Assembly: GCA_965199955.1 (NCBI GenBank)
Contig: CBDATQ010000002.1
Span: forward strand, 320,001-384,000
Origin: Spirochaetia bacterium
GTDB taxonomy: Bacteria > Spirochaetota > Spirochaetia > SZUA-6 > Bin103
Direction of reading: 5' to 3'
Length of the DNA stretch: 64,000 bases
This document shows positions 48,100 through 58,724 of the stretch, one piece after another. Below the pieces are notes generated by a model. The model did no database searches, was not told where the DNA came from, and saw only the letters and a list, made by a program, of their open reading frames with translations. Positions within the stretch are counted from its first letter, which is position 1, and every line of letters begins with the position of its first letter. Both the position numbers and the translations under genes were made by a program.

Positions 48100-49252
48100 G
48101 GAGCCGGACGGGCGCGCGGGTGGAATCGGTCGTGCGGCACGTCTGCTGGTTGCGGCGCTGGCCGTGGCGCTGTCGGCGGCAGGATGTGCCGCACGGACAG
48201 CGCCGGTGACGCGCCAGGAGCTGTTCAGCCTGTCGGTGGGACCGCTGGAAGACCAGGTACACATTTCCGCCGGCTACGAACAGGCGGGCGTCTGGCTCTC
48301 TCTACACGGTGGTCTGTTCCACGTGGTCAACGCGCCGATACGCAAGGTGATGCGGTTCTCCTCGTTCGGAGACCTGTTGTTGCTGCTGTACGACCCGCGC
48401 TTGAACCCGATGCCGGTGGGGCTCGCCGAGGCGGGAACGGACACCGTCACCACCCGCCTCGCGCGCAGCCTGCCACTGGGCCCGTTGGGGCGGGTCGCGG
48501 TCGATTCGCAGGGGACGATATACGTCCAGGAGCGCCTCGCGTCCGGCGACTGGCAGACGGAGGACGGAATCACGCGCAGCCACGTTGTGCGCCGGTTCGA
48601 CCGAACGGGCGCCGACCTGGGCTATCTGGGTCGGGAGGGAGTAGGCGGCAGTCCGTTCGGTCGGGTGCATCGCCTGCTGGTCACCGAGCGCGACGAGCCG
48701 TTCGTCGTCACGCGAGATGCCGACTCGTGGCAGGCGTTCTGGTTCGATTCCCAGGGGATGTTGCGATTCCGGCGCCGGCTCTCGGTCCGTGATCTGAGCA
48801 GCGCGGACGATGTCCCGCCCACCGTGGAGATCGAGTCCGTGCTGGCCGACGGACGCGGGCCGCCGCATCTGCTGGTTGAGACGGTCACGCTGCCCGGCGG
48901 GCAGGCCGACATCTGGCGGGTGACCGGTGACGAGGACCCGGAGCGGGCGTTCGCGGCGCCGCACGCACCGCATGCACCGTTCCGCCTGGTCGGCAGCGCC
49001 GGCGGGCGGCTGTTCTTCGCCTCGCACGGCGGCGACGAGCCCGTCAGCGCGGGGGGCCGTCGCGTGCCACTCACCATCACCGATGGGGAGGGACGGCCCC
49101 TGGCGCAGGTCGAGCTATCCCTGCAAGATCCGGCCCTGCAGTTCTCGGAACTGCAGGTGGCGACAGATGGCGTACTGTACGGTGCCCGGATCGGGCCGGA
49201 ACGAGTGGATTTCTTCTGGTGGAGAACCGACCTCCTGATGCAGCGGCGCTGA
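48071..49252 (+). CDS. Putative lipoprotein (beta-propeller-like), divergent from secA
   Basis: RLLVAALAVALSAAG-C lipobox-like; KVMRFSSFGDLL, VAVDSQGTIYV, YLGREGVGGSPF. Start uncertain. Confidence 0.75.
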   Translation: MYRRLEAKVKEPDGRAGGIGRAARLLVAALAVALSAAGCAARTAPVTRQELFSLSVGPLEDQVHISAGYEQAGVWLSLHGGLFHVVNAPIRKVMRFSSFGDLLLLLYDPRLNPMPVGLAEAGTDTVTTRLARSLPLGPLGRVAVDSQGTIYVQERLASGDWQTEDGITRSHVVRRFDRTGADLGYLGREGVGGSPFGRVHRLLVTERDEPFVVTRDADSWQAFWFDSQGMLRFRRRLSVRDLSSADDVPPTVEIESVLADGRGPPHLLVETVTLPGGQADIWRVTGDEDPERAFAAPHAPHAPFRLVGSAGGRLFFASHGGDEPVSAGGRRVPLTITDGEGRPLAQVELSLQDPALQFSELQVATDGVLYGARIGPERVDFFWWRTDLLMQRR

Positions 49253-50826
49253 CGGCCGCTGACGCGGGCGCGCTGCGCCCGGTGGACAAACCGGGCATAT
49301 ACCGCCTGGTCGACTCGGCGCAGATGTCGGCGATCGACCGCGAGGCATCCGACCGCTTCCGGATCCCGCCTCCGATCCTGATGGAAAACGCCGGGCTCAA
49401 GGCGCTGGAGGCGATGCAACGGCGTATCTGGCGCCGGCCCGTTCCCGAGGAACCGGTTGCGATCGTATCGGGGCGCGGCAACAATGGGGGGGACGCGCTG
49501 GTCGTCGCCCGCCAGCTTCACGCCATCGGCGCGCGGCACATCACGGTGCTTCTCAGCCACGGCGAACCCGCCGATGGAAGCCAATGTGCGGCCAACCTCG
49601 CCATCTGCCGGGCGCTTGGCATCACCGTGCTCGACGCGGCGGAGGCAACGCTCTCCTGCGGATGGGTGATCGACGGAATGGCCGGCACGGGACAGCGCGG
49701 GGCGCTGCGCGGGCCGGCAGCGGCGCTGGCCGAACGGATCAACGGCAGCGCGGCGCGAGTCATCGCCCTCGATGCGCCGAGCGGAGTGGGGGACCGGTTC
49801 ACGGCCGACATGCCCGCCGTCCACGCCGACTGGACGCTCGCGCTTGAGCTTCCGAAGAGGGCGCTCTACCTGCCGGCCGCCCGGCCCGCATGCGGGAGCA
49901 TCATCGTCGTGCCGATCGGGTTTCCCGCCGCGCTCACCGATCCGGCCGCCGGGAACGCCCGGCTGCTCGGCCCCGCGGCGCTGGCGCCCATGCTGCCGTC
50001 CGTGCCGGCGGACGCGCACAAGGGGACACGCGGGCACGTTGCGGTCCTTGCCGGCTCCGCCGGGACGGCGGGTGCCGCGCGCCTGGCCGCGACCGCCGCT
50101 GCCTGCAGCCGCGCGGGCCTGGTGACCCTGCACGCCGATGCCGACACCTACCCGGTGCAGGCCGGCGCGCTTACCTCGGTGATGGTCGCTCCCTGGTCGG
50201 AAACGGCGGAACCAGGTGAGCTCGCCCGGCGTTTCGACAGCCTGGTGGTCGGTCCCGGGTGGGGGACCGGGCCGGCCCGCGCGGAGTGGCTGCAGCGGTT
50301 GCTCGTCAAGCCGTGCGGCGGCGTGCTGGATGCCGACGCGACCACGCTGCTCGCACGTGCCGGCGGGCCGGGGCGACTTTCCGGCCACTGGGTGTTGACG
50401 CCCCATCCGGGCGAGCTGGCCCGGCTGCTCGGCGCCACCGTCGCCGAGGCGCTGGCAGATCCCGCCGCGGCCGCTGCCGACGTGGCTGCGCGGTTCGGCG
50501 CGGTCGTCGTGCTGAAAGGGCACGTGACCTACATCGCCGCTCCGGACGGCGGTGACGCGGCGGGCGTTGGCGCAGAGCCGCCTCTGAGCGTCGTGGACGG
50601 CATGCAGCCGTGGCTGGCGACCGGCGGTTCCGGAGATGTGCTGGCCGGCGTCATCGGCGCGCTGCTTGCCGGCGGCAGGATTGGCCCCTACCAGGCAGCC
50701 TGCGCAGGGGTGCTGATCCACGCCGCGGCGGCTCGACACCTGTACCGCGAGCGGGGCTGGTTTCTGGCGGAGGACCTGCCGGCGTCGGTGTCGCGCGTGG
50801 TAGCCGGCCGTGACGATCTCGGATAA
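49219..50826 (+). CDS. nnr: Bifunctional NAD(P)H-hydrate epimerase/dehydratase
   Basis: LMENAG, GRGNNGGD, LDAPSG, HKGTRG, LTPHPGE, GGSGDVLAG. Start may be 49249 or 49282. Confidence 0.94.
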   Translation: MENRPPDAAALTAADAGALRPVDKPGIYRLVDSAQMSAIDREASDRFRIPPPILMENAGLKALEAMQRRIWRRPVPEEPVAIVSGRGNNGGDALVVARQLHAIGARHITVLLSHGEPADGSQCAANLAICRALGITVLDAAEATLSCGWVIDGMAGTGQRGALRGPAAALAERINGSAARVIALDAPSGVGDRFTADMPAVHADWTLALELPKRALYLPAARPACGSIIVVPIGFPAALTDPAAGNARLLGPAALAPMLPSVPADAHKGTRGHVAVLAGSAGTAGAARLAATAAACSRAGLVTLHADADTYPVQAGALTSVMVAPWSETAEPGELARRFDSLVVGPGWGTGPARAEWLQRLLVKPCGGVLDADATTLLARAGGPGRLSGHWVLTPHPGELARLLGATVAEALADPAAAAADVAARFGAVVVLKGHVTYIAAPDGGDAAGVGAEPPLSVVDGMQPWLATGGSGDVLAGVIGALLAGGRIGPYQAACAGVLIHAAAARHLYRERGWFLAEDLPASVSRVVAGRDDLG

Positions 50827-50912
50827 CGAAAGCCGCAGGCCGCACGTCGCCACCAGGCAGAAGCAGCGTTTCGTTGTTGACCTGACGCTAACCGGGCGCT
50901 TACCCTGTCGGG

Positions 50913-51416
50913 GTGCATATCTACCTGTTGTCGGTGTTGAGCACCATCGTCGCCGGCGCGACGCTGGCGGCCGATTATCTGGTCGAGCGGATACCCGTTC
51001 TGGAGCCTTTGCGGCGCTTCGCGGCAAGCAGCCGCGCCAAGGGCACTCTGGGCGCGATAGCCTTGGTGATAGGGTTCGTGAAGCTCTTCTGGCGCGCCCC
51101 GGGTGAGGTGATCATCGTCGGCGACTTCCTGCCGTCGATTGCCGGCATGGTGCTGGGAGCGATGCTCATGATCGATCGCTACCAGGAACGGCGAATGCTC
51201 GGAGGCGGTGTCGAGCAGGTTGCCGGCGACGAACCGGGCGACGGTGACGCCACCGGATCGTTGGATTCGGGGGCGCCGGACTCGGGCGCCACGGGCTCCG
51301 CCACGGGCATCGCCAGGATCGACGAAACGCTGAAGCCGTACCGGACCCCGCTGGGCCTTGGCGGTATCGCCGTCGGCGTCATCCACTTCCTGCTGGCAAG
51401 CGTGCTGTTCCTGTAA
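50913..51416 (+). CDS. Hypothetical membrane protein (about 4 TM)
   Basis: Hydrophobic helices; IVGDFLP; C-terminal HFLLASVLFL; low-complexity loop. Confidence 0.75.
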   Translation: MHIYLLSVLSTIVAGATLAADYLVERIPVLEPLRRFAASSRAKGTLGAIALVIGFVKLFWRAPGEVIIVGDFLPSIAGMVLGAMLMIDRYQERRMLGGGVEQVAGDEPGDGDATGSLDSGAPDSGATGSATGIARIDETLKPYRTPLGLGGIAVGVIHFLLASVLFL

Positions 51417-51506
51417 GCGGCAACGGTACCGGTAACGGACGTCCACTGAAGAGGCGTCGGCCCAACGGGTCAAGTCTTCGGGCTCCCTTCCGCTGCCCTG
51501 ACTGTA

Positions 51507-53555
51507 TCAGTCTCCGTCCGCCTGCTTGGCGCGGGCGATCACGTCCTCGGCCACCTTGCCGGAAATCGGCGAGTAGTGACTGAAGGTCATCTCGAAGGAC
51601 GCGGTGCCGGAGGTCATCGACTTGAGGTCGATGGAGTAGCGCAGCATCTCCGACTGCGGGACCTGCGCACGGGTCTCCTGCAGGGACCCTGTCGGCTCCT
51701 GTCCCAGCACCCGTCCACGCCGTGAGCTCAGGTCGGAGAGAATGTCACCCAGGTACTGGTCGTCGCTCAACACGACCAGGTCGACAATCGGCTCCAGCAG
51801 CACGGGCTTGGCCTGTGCCAGGGCCGCCTTGGTCGCTTCCCGGGCGGCAAGCTTGAAGGCCAGCTCGGAGGAATCGACCGAATGCTCCCTGCCGTCCACC
51901 ACCTTCGCCTCCACGTCCACGACCGGGTAGCCGGCAAGGACGCCGGACTCCAGCGCCTCGAGGACGCCCTTTTCAACCCCCGGGATGTAGCCCCGTGAGA
52001 TGGCACCACCCACGATGCCGTTCTCGAAACGGAACTTCTCACCTCGTGGCAGCGGCTTGATCTCCAGAGAAACTTTGGCGTACTGCCCGTGTCCGCCAGT
52101 CTGTTTCTTGTGCTGGTAATCGGCATCGGCCGGCCGGTTGATCGTCTCCCGGTACGCGACGCGAGGCAGTTCGGTCTCCACCTCGATCTTGTGGCTGTCG
52201 CGGATCCGCCCCAGGACCACGGCCAGGTGCAACTCCCCCATCGCCGCGATCACGGTTTCGCGCGTCTCCCCGTCGTAACGGACGCGGAAGGTCGGATCGG
52301 AGTCCGCCGTCCTGCCGATGATCTCCGACAGCTTGTCTTCGTCCTGCTTGGAAGCCGTTCGCAGTGAGAGCGCGTGTACCGGTTGCGGGAAGTCCGGCGG
52401 CACATAGGTGACGGTTGCCTCCGGGGCGTGCAGCGTGTCGCAGGTGGCAACATCGGTCAGCTTGTTCAGCACGCCGATGTCCCCGGCAGCCAGCTCCTGC
52501 ACGTCTTCGAGCTTATCGCCCTGGCGGGTGCTCAGCTTGTTCAGCCGAATCTTGGTGCCGGTGCGCGCGCAGATCAGGTCGGCATCGGAGCGAAGGCCGC
52601 CGGTGATGACCTTCACGAACGACAAGCGGCCGGCGTATTGGTCGACGCTGGTCTTCAGCACAAGCGCGGAGGCCGGACCGGACGGGTCGATCGTGCACGG
52701 GGTGACCTCGCCCGTGCCGTCTGCCTGCACGGTCGCGCCCGCCGGTGACGGCACCGTGCGCACGATCGCGTCCAGAAGCGGCGTGACTCCCACGTCGTGC
52801 AGCGCGGAACCGGCGAGCACCGGAAATACCTGACCGGCGGCGACCGCCGCCGTCAGGCCACGAGTGATCTCCTCGTCGGTCAGCACCTCGTCCTCGAGGT
52901 ACTTCTCCATCAGGGCGTCGTCGCCTTCCGCCGCGGCTTCCATCAGTTCCAGCCGCCGCTCCTCTACCGAATCGCTCAACGCGTCCGGCACCGGAGCGTC
53001 GCCGTTGCCCGAGCGCAACAGCGCGCGCTGGCCGACGGCGTCCACGACGCCCTCGAACGCGTTCCCTGCCCCGATCGGGACGCTCAGCGGTGCGAACACC
53101 CCGCCGAACGATTGGCCCAGGTTCTCGAGCACGGCGTCGAAGTCGGCATGCTCCTTGTCCATGCCGTTGACGAAGACGATGCGTGGCGTCCCGTCCCGCT
53201 CGAGACGGCGCCACAGCTTTGCCGTTTCGATCTGCACGCCGACGTCTGCGCCGACCACGACGACCGCGCACTCGGCGGCGCCGAGCGCCGCCACCACCTC
53301 GCCGATGAAGTCGCCGGAACCCGGCGAGTCGACCAGGTTGACTTTCCGGCCGTCCCAGTCGATGTGGGAGAAGGCGCTGTAGATCGAGATCTGGCGGGCG
53401 ATCTCTTCCTCCGTGCAGTCACTGACGGACTTGGCGGGGTCGAACTTGGGAACCACGCCGCCGTGGACGAGTATCTGTTCCATCAGCGTGGTCTTTCCCG
53501 TGCCGCTGTGGCCTACCAGGGCGACATTGCGAATTCGGTCTGTAGGGACGCTCAT
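51507..53555 (-). CDS. Elongation factor G-like protein (EF-G II type, degenerate GTPase motifs)
   Basis: GHSGTGKTT, RQISI, DSPGSGDF, NGMD; domain IV KKQTGGHGQY and HSVDSS; own promoter TTGACA-N17-TAGCGT. Confidence 0.92.
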   Translation of the reverse strand: MSVPTDRIRNVALVGHSGTGKTTLMEQILVHGGVVPKFDPAKSVSDCTEEEIARQISIYSAFSHIDWDGRKVNLVDSPGSGDFIGEVVAALGAAECAVVVVGADVGVQIETAKLWRRLERDGTPRIVFVNGMDKEHADFDAVLENLGQSFGGVFAPLSVPIGAGNAFEGVVDAVGQRALLRSGNGDAPVPDALSDSVEERRLELMEAAAEGDDALMEKYLEDEVLTDEEITRGLTAAVAAGQVFPVLAGSALHDVGVTPLLDAIVRTVPSPAGATVQADGTGEVTPCTIDPSGPASALVLKTSVDQYAGRLSFVKVITGGLRSDADLICARTGTKIRLNKLSTRQGDKLEDVQELAAGDIGVLNKLTDVATCDTLHAPEATVTYVPPDFPQPVHALSLRTASKQDEDKLSEIIGRTADSDPTFRVRYDGETRETVIAAMGELHLAVVLGRIRDSHKIEVETELPRVAYRETINRPADADYQHKKQTGGHGQYAKVSLEIKPLPRGEKFRFENGIVGGAISRGYIPGVEKGVLEALESGVLAGYPVVDVEAKVVDGREHSVDSSELAFKLAAREATKAALAQAKPVLLEPIVDLVVLSDDQYLGDILSDLSSRRGRVLGQEPTGSLQETRAQVPQSEMLRYSIDLKSMTSGTASFEMTFSHYSPISGKVAEDVIARAKQADGD

Positions 53556-53660
53556 AACGGTGATGCTCCGGGCTGGACTCTGAACGGCGACGCTATGCAG
53601 GCGGTATTGCGCTGTCAAGCGGCGTGCGCGCGGCGCGGTGAGCGGCGGGCCCGCGAGGTC

Positions 53661-55721
53661 TCAATTCCCGCGCGCCGGCGCGTAGCGGGCGAATGCCATC
53701 GTGTAGGCGGCGCGGCCCTGGGTCGCGCCGCGCAGATCGGTGGTGTACCCGAACATGGCCCCCAGCGGTACCTTGGCGCTGACCCGTTCCGCGGCGTGGC
53801 CGGACTCCACCGTGTCGATGGCCCCGCCGCGCATCTGCAGACCGCCGAGCACCTCGCCGACGAACTCCTTCGGGGTGGTGACGTCCACGCTCATCACCGG
53901 CTCCAACAGGATCGGCGCCGCCTTCCGGCAGCAGCTCACGAAGCCGCTCGCCGCCGCGGCTTCGAATGCGAACTCGCTGGCGCGTTCCTGGTCGTATGCA
54001 CAGTCGGCCAGCTCGACGGCGACATCGACCAGGGGGTACCCGAATCCCGGGCCGGATGAGAAGCCTGCCTCGATGCCGCGTGAGATCGCCGCGCACAGCG
54101 CCTCCGGAAGGCCCGCGGCAGCCGGGACCGGCCCGGGATCGAAGGTGCACTCGCCGCCCCGGCTGCGTGGCGAGACGCGCAGGCTCAAAGCCGCGTAGTG
54201 GGCACGGCCGCCGATCTCGCGTTCGAACTCTTCGCGGTGCTCGACCGCAGCGGAGACCGACTCCCGGAAGGAGACCTGTGGCTTGCCGACCCTTGCGTCG
54301 ATGCCGGTGCGCTCCGCGATCTGCCGCATCAGCACCTCGAGATGCAGCTCGCCCATGCCGGAGACAAGGAGCTGGCCGGTCTCATCGTTCTCCTCCACCG
54401 CGAACGTCGGGTCTTCGAGCCGTAGCGCCTCCAGCGAGTCGAGCAGCGCGGCGGCGTCGGATGCGGAGTGCGGCTCCACGGCCACCGATACAACCGGCAG
54501 CGGGAAGCGCATGCGTTCCAAGAGCCCGGTTGGCTGTGCGGCGCCTCCTGCCTGGCTGCCGCGCTGCTTGCTGGTCACCGTGTCGCCGGTGCGGGCGAAT
54601 TTCAGTCCCACCGCCACGGCAATTTCGCCGGCGCTCACCGCATCGATCTGTTCGCGCCTGTTGGCGTGCATGCGCAGCAGGCGCTGAATGCGTTCGGTGC
54701 GGCCTTGGCTGAGGTTCAGGAGCCGGTCGCCGCGGCGGAAGGTCCCCGAGTAGACGCGGAGATAGCTCAAGGGCCCGGACTCGCGGTCGTTCTGCAGTTT
54801 GAAGGCGAGCGCGAGCGGCTGCCCCTTCGCCGACCGGGCGAGCAGCGGCTGGTCGGCGGCACTCCCGTCCCGGTCTAGGAGTTGGAGAGCGGGGAGCTCG
54901 TCCGGTGCCGGCAGATACCAGACGATCGCATCCAGCAACGGCTGGATACCGATGTTGCGCCGCGCCGCTCCGGCGAGCACGGGAACGATCCGGCCCGAGG
55001 CCACCGCCGCGCGGACCGCCTCTCGCAGCAGTGGGACCGGCAGCTCGCGGCCCTCCAGGTAGCGCTCGGCGATCTCGTCCGACCCGTCGGCGAGCGCGTC
55101 GACGAGCAGGTCGCGGCGCGGCCCCACCCCCGGGTCCGCGGGATCGGCCGCGCGGCGCTGCATCGTGGTACCGTCGTCGCTCCAGGAGATCCGCTCCATC
55201 GTGATCAGGTCGACGATCCCGCGCAGCTCGCGGTCTTCGCCCCACGGCACCTGCAGCGCGACCGGCTCGGCGGAGAGCAGACTGCGCATCTGCTGCAGTA
55301 CCCCATCGAACGATGCGCCGGCGCGGTCCAGCTTGTTGACGAAGGCGATGCGGGCGACCGAATGGCGATCCGCCTGGTGCCACACCGTCTCCGACTGCGG
55401 CTCGACCCCTTCCACGGCGGAGAAGATCGCCACCGCGCCGTCGAGCACGCGCAGCGAACGCTCCACCTCGGCGGTGAAGTCGACGTGTCCGGGGGTGTCG
55501 ATGAGGTTGATCTGATGGTCGGCCCAGAAACAGGTGATGGCCGCCGAGGTGATGCTGATGCCGCGTTCCTGCTCCTGCGGCATCCAGTCCGTGGTCGCCT
55601 CGCCGTCGTCGACCTCGCCGATGCGGTGGGTGCGCCCCGTGAAGAAGAGCATCCGCTCCGTGGTCGTGGTCTTGCCGGCATCGATGTGCGAGATGATTCC
55701 TACGTTGCGGATAGGCGGCAT
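53661..55721 (-). CDS. fusA: Elongation factor G paralog (recycling-type EF-G2-like)
   Basis: SHIDAGKTT, TDWMPQEQERGISI, DTPGHVDF, NKLD, GMGELHLE; altered domain IV loops. Confidence 0.92.
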   Translation of the reverse strand: MPPIRNVGIISHIDAGKTTTTERMLFFTGRTHRIGEVDDGEATTDWMPQEQERGISITSAAITCFWADHQINLIDTPGHVDFTAEVERSLRVLDGAVAIFSAVEGVEPQSETVWHQADRHSVARIAFVNKLDRAGASFDGVLQQMRSLLSAEPVALQVPWGEDRELRGIVDLITMERISWSDDGTTMQRRAADPADPGVGPRRDLLVDALADGSDEIAERYLEGRELPVPLLREAVRAAVASGRIVPVLAGAARRNIGIQPLLDAIVWYLPAPDELPALQLLDRDGSAADQPLLARSAKGQPLALAFKLQNDRESGPLSYLRVYSGTFRRGDRLLNLSQGRTERIQRLLRMHANRREQIDAVSAGEIAVAVGLKFARTGDTVTSKQRGSQAGGAAQPTGLLERMRFPLPVVSVAVEPHSASDAAALLDSLEALRLEDPTFAVEENDETGQLLVSGMGELHLEVLMRQIAERTGIDARVGKPQVSFRESVSAAVEHREEFEREIGGRAHYAALSLRVSPRSRGGECTFDPGPVPAAAGLPEALCAAISRGIEAGFSSGPGFGYPLVDVAVELADCAYDQERASEFAFEAAAASGFVSCCRKAAPILLEPVMSVDVTTPKEFVGEVLGGLQMRGGAIDTVESGHAAERVSAKVPLGAMFGYTTDLRGATQGRAAYTMAFARYAPARGN

Positions 55722-55794
55722 GGCGTTCCCCGTGGCGGTCTCCTCGACCCCACGGCATGGTACGACAAAGCCGGCAGGCCCGTAGCGGTTCGCT

Positions 55795-56544
55795 TCAGCT
55801 CCCGAATCGTCCCAGTAGCGCGGCCATGCGGCGGCCACCGTCCCTCCCCGCCGCCCGCTCCGCCCGGAAGGAGAGCAACGCCGGCGAGCACGCCGTGCAG
55901 TCGTCGTACACGGTGACGCTGGCGACACCCGCTTGGCACAGCAGAGCGATGTTGGCCGCGCGCAGGTCGATGCGGCCCGCTCCGCCTGCCACGTCGGCCG
56001 CATCCGCCCCGAACCGCTCGCGGAAGCGGCGCGCCCGCTCCGCCGGCACGTCGTAGCAGCACGGACCGATGCCGGGACCGATGACCGCATCATAGGCGTC
56101 GGTACCGCGGCCGAAGCGGCGTTCCAGGCAGGTGAACGCATCGTCGACGATGCCGGTGCCGCGCCACCCGGAGTGCAGCAGGGCCGGAAACCGGCGGTCG
56201 CGCGGGATCAGGAAGATCGGCAGGCAGTCGGCGACGGTCACGCACAGCACGTCGTTCGGCGTTCCGGCGATCATGCCGTCGGCCGGACGCGCGGCGTCGC
56301 GGGAACCCTCGCCGGCAACCATCACGCAGCGCGTATGCCGTTGCACGACGCGGCGGATTCGCTCGGGCCTGACACCGAGCGCCTCGCAGGTCCGTCGCCA
56401 TGTGGCCGGATCGCTCATGTCGCCGGCTGCCGCGGTGGTCAGGACGGCGCGCAACGGTACCGGAGCTGCCAGGTCGACGATCGGCGCGGCCGGCTCCACG
56501 TGCTCGAGGAGCCGCCGGAAGAGCCGGGCGGCCGGCTCCTTCAG
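55795..56544 (-). CDS. pgeF: YfiH/PgeF (laccase-domain) family protein
   Basis: QRHT, ADGM, VTVADCLPI, HSGWRGT, IGPGIGPCCY, IDLR, CTAC, SFR. Start uncertain (CTG 56544 or a downstream GTG). Confidence 0.9.
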   Translation of the reverse strand: MKEPAARLFRRLLEHVEPAAPIVDLAAPVPLRAVLTTAAAGDMSDPATWRRTCEALGVRPERIRRVVQRHTRCVMVAGEGSRDAARPADGMIAGTPNDVLCVTVADCLPIFLIPRDRRFPALLHSGWRGTGIVDDAFTCLERRFGRGTDAYDAVIGPGIGPCCYDVPAERARRFRERFGADAADVAGGAGRIDLRAANIALLCQAGVASVTVYDDCTACSPALLSFRAERAAGRDGGRRMAALLGRFGS

Positions 56545-57146
56545 CTCGTGCGAACCAGTCGCCAGGCTGCCGGCATCAGCAGGGCGGCGATGGCCAGCTT
56601 TACGAGATCGCCGACGATGAAGGGCGTGAGACCCCACTGCAGGATCGGGTTGTCCCAGCCGGCGACGCTCCCGAGCCACAGCAGCCCCGGGACGTAGATG
56701 ACGACGTTGCCGATCAGCATGGCCGCCGCGGCCAGCGGAACGCTGCGGTCCCACCCCGCCTCGGCCAGCAGGCCGATCACCAGCGTTGCCAGCAGGAAGC
56801 CGAGCAGGTAGCCGCCGGTGGTGCCGACCATGTAGGCCAGCCCGATTCCCTTCTCCGGAGTGCCGGCGAACACCGGCAATCCCACGGCTCCCTCCACCAG
56901 ATAGAGAAGCACGGTGAGTCCGCCTAGACGCCAGCCCGCCGCCATGCCGATGACCAGGATCACCAGGGTCTGCAGGGTCATTGGTACCGGCACCATGGGG
57001 ACCTTGATCTTCGACGAGACCGCGATCAACAAGCTCCCGACCAGCGCCAGAAACAGGTTGGCGGCCCACGTGCCCGAACCGGAGGCGCTCCCGGCCGGCG
57101 GCCACAGGCGATCGATCAGGGTGTGTGGATGTGACCGTTCGACCAT
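56541..57146 (-). CDS. bioY: Biotin transporter BioY
   Basis: PVPMTLQTL, YLVEGAVGLPVFA, TGGYLLGF, PFIVGDLVK; leaderless promoter TTGCAC-N18-TAGACT-N7-ATG. Confidence 0.95.
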   Translation of the reverse strand: MVERSHPHTLIDRLWPPAGSASGSGTWAANLFLALVGSLLIAVSSKIKVPMVPVPMTLQTLVILVIGMAAGWRLGGLTVLLYLVEGAVGLPVFAGTPEKGIGLAYMVGTTGGYLLGFLLATLVIGLLAEAGWDRSVPLAAAAMLIGNVVIYVPGLLWLGSVAGWDNPILQWGLTPFIVGDLVKLAIAALLMPAAWRLVRTS

Positions 57147-57267
57147 CGCCGGGAGTCTATGGGGCGGCCGGAGCACCGTGCAAGCGGTGTCCCGGCCCGC
57201 CACCACGGCGGGCCGTTTGACGCGGTCGCGGGGCGCCCCTACTGTGCCCGTTCACCGGAAACAGAAG

Positions 57268-58713
57268 ATGTCACTTCGCGTTCGTTACGCCCCGTCGCCG
57301 ACCGGGCTGCACCACATCGGCGGGGCGCGCACCGCCCTGTTCGCCTACCTGCTGGCGCGTTCGTCCGGCGGGACCTTCATCCTGCGTATCGAGGACACCG
57401 ATCGCGCCCGGTTCGATCCGGCCGCGCTGGAGGACATCTACGACACCCTCGGCTGGCTGGGATTGCGCTGGGACGAGGGACCGAAGGTGGGCGGCCCGCA
57501 TGGCCCGTACGTGCAGTCGGAGCGGGTCGAGCGCCACCGGGCGGTGGCCGAACGGCTGGTGGATACCGGCCGTGCCTATCGCTGCTACTGCGATCCCGCA
57601 CGCCTGGCGCGGGTGCGCGAGGCCGGCAGCGGGTACGACCGCCGCTGCCGCAACCTGTCCGCGGCCGAACGCCGGCACCACGAAGATCGGGGGACACCCT
57701 CGGTCGTGCGGTTCAAGGTGCCGCTGGACGGCGCAACGCGCTACGAGGATGACCTGCTTGGCTCCATCGAGCGCCGCAACAGCGACATCAATCCCGATCC
57801 CGTGCTACTGAAGTCCGACGGCTACCCCACGTACCACCTGGCAGCCATCACCGACGATCACGACATGCGCGTCAGCCACATCTTGCGTGCCCAGGAATGG
57901 GTCTCCTCGGCGCCGCTGCACGTGCTGATCTTCCGGGCATGCGGGTGGGAGCCGCCGCGGTACGCCCACCTGCCGGTCGTCAACGGACCGGACGGAAAGA
58001 AGCTGAGCAAGCGCCACGGGGCGATGAGCGTCGCCGAATTCCGCGACCAGGGCTACCTGCCGGAGGCGCTGGTCAACTACATGGCCCTGCTCGGATGGTC
58101 ACTGGACGGGGAGCGCGAGCTGTTCACCCTGCGGGAGCTGGAACAGGCCTTCAGCCTGGAGCGGCTGCACGCCTCCCCCGCGGTGTTCGACGCCGACAAG
58201 CTGCGCTGGATGAACGGCAACTACATCCGAGCCCTGCCGCCGGAAGAACTGGCCGGGCGGCTTGCGCCGTGGCTCGCCACGTCGGGCGCGGCCGACGCGG
58301 AGCGGGTGGCGCGGCCGGTCGCCGAGCTGGTCCGTGAGCGCCTGACCGTGCTCGGCGACACGATACCTGTGGCGGGGTTTCTGTTCGCCACGAAGCTGGA
58401 ATACGATGGCGGCGCGCTCGTGCCGAAACGGCTGGACGGGGCGCGGACGGCGCGGGTGATCGAGCGGGCGCTCGACTTGGTCGACGCGGCATGCGGCCCG
58501 GATGAAGCCCCAGCCGAACAGGCGTTCCGCACCGCTGCCGATGAGCTCGGCGTCAAGTTCGGCGACCTGATGATGCCGGTGCGGGTGGCGATCACCGGCG
58601 CGCGGGTGTCGCCGCCGTTGTTCGGCAGCATGCGGATTCTGGGTGCGGAGAGCTGCCGGAACCGGCTGCGCGCCGCCCTGGTCAAGCTGGACGAACAAAC
58701 GCCCGACGCGTAA
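57268..58713 (+). CDS. gltX: Glutamate--tRNA ligase
   Basis: RYAPSPTG, HIGG, LRIEDTD, PTYH, KLSKR, SPPLF; promoter TTGACG-N17-TACTGT at 57217-57245. Confidence 0.97.
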   Translation: MSLRVRYAPSPTGLHHIGGARTALFAYLLARSSGGTFILRIEDTDRARFDPAALEDIYDTLGWLGLRWDEGPKVGGPHGPYVQSERVERHRAVAERLVDTGRAYRCYCDPARLARVREAGSGYDRRCRNLSAAERRHHEDRGTPSVVRFKVPLDGATRYEDDLLGSIERRNSDINPDPVLLKSDGYPTYHLAAITDDHDMRVSHILRAQEWVSSAPLHVLIFRACGWEPPRYAHLPVVNGPDGKKLSKRHGAMSVAEFRDQGYLPEALVNYMALLGWSLDGERELFTLRELEQAFSLERLHASPAVFDADKLRWMNGNYIRALPPEELAGRLAPWLATSGAADAERVARPVAELVRERLTVLGDTIPVAGFLFATKLEYDGGALVPKRLDGARTARVIERALDLVDAACGPDEAPAEQAFRTAADELGVKFGDLMMPVRVAITGARVSPPLFGSMRILGAESCRNRLRAALVKLDEQTPDA

Positions 58714-58724
58714 CGGGAAGGAAC

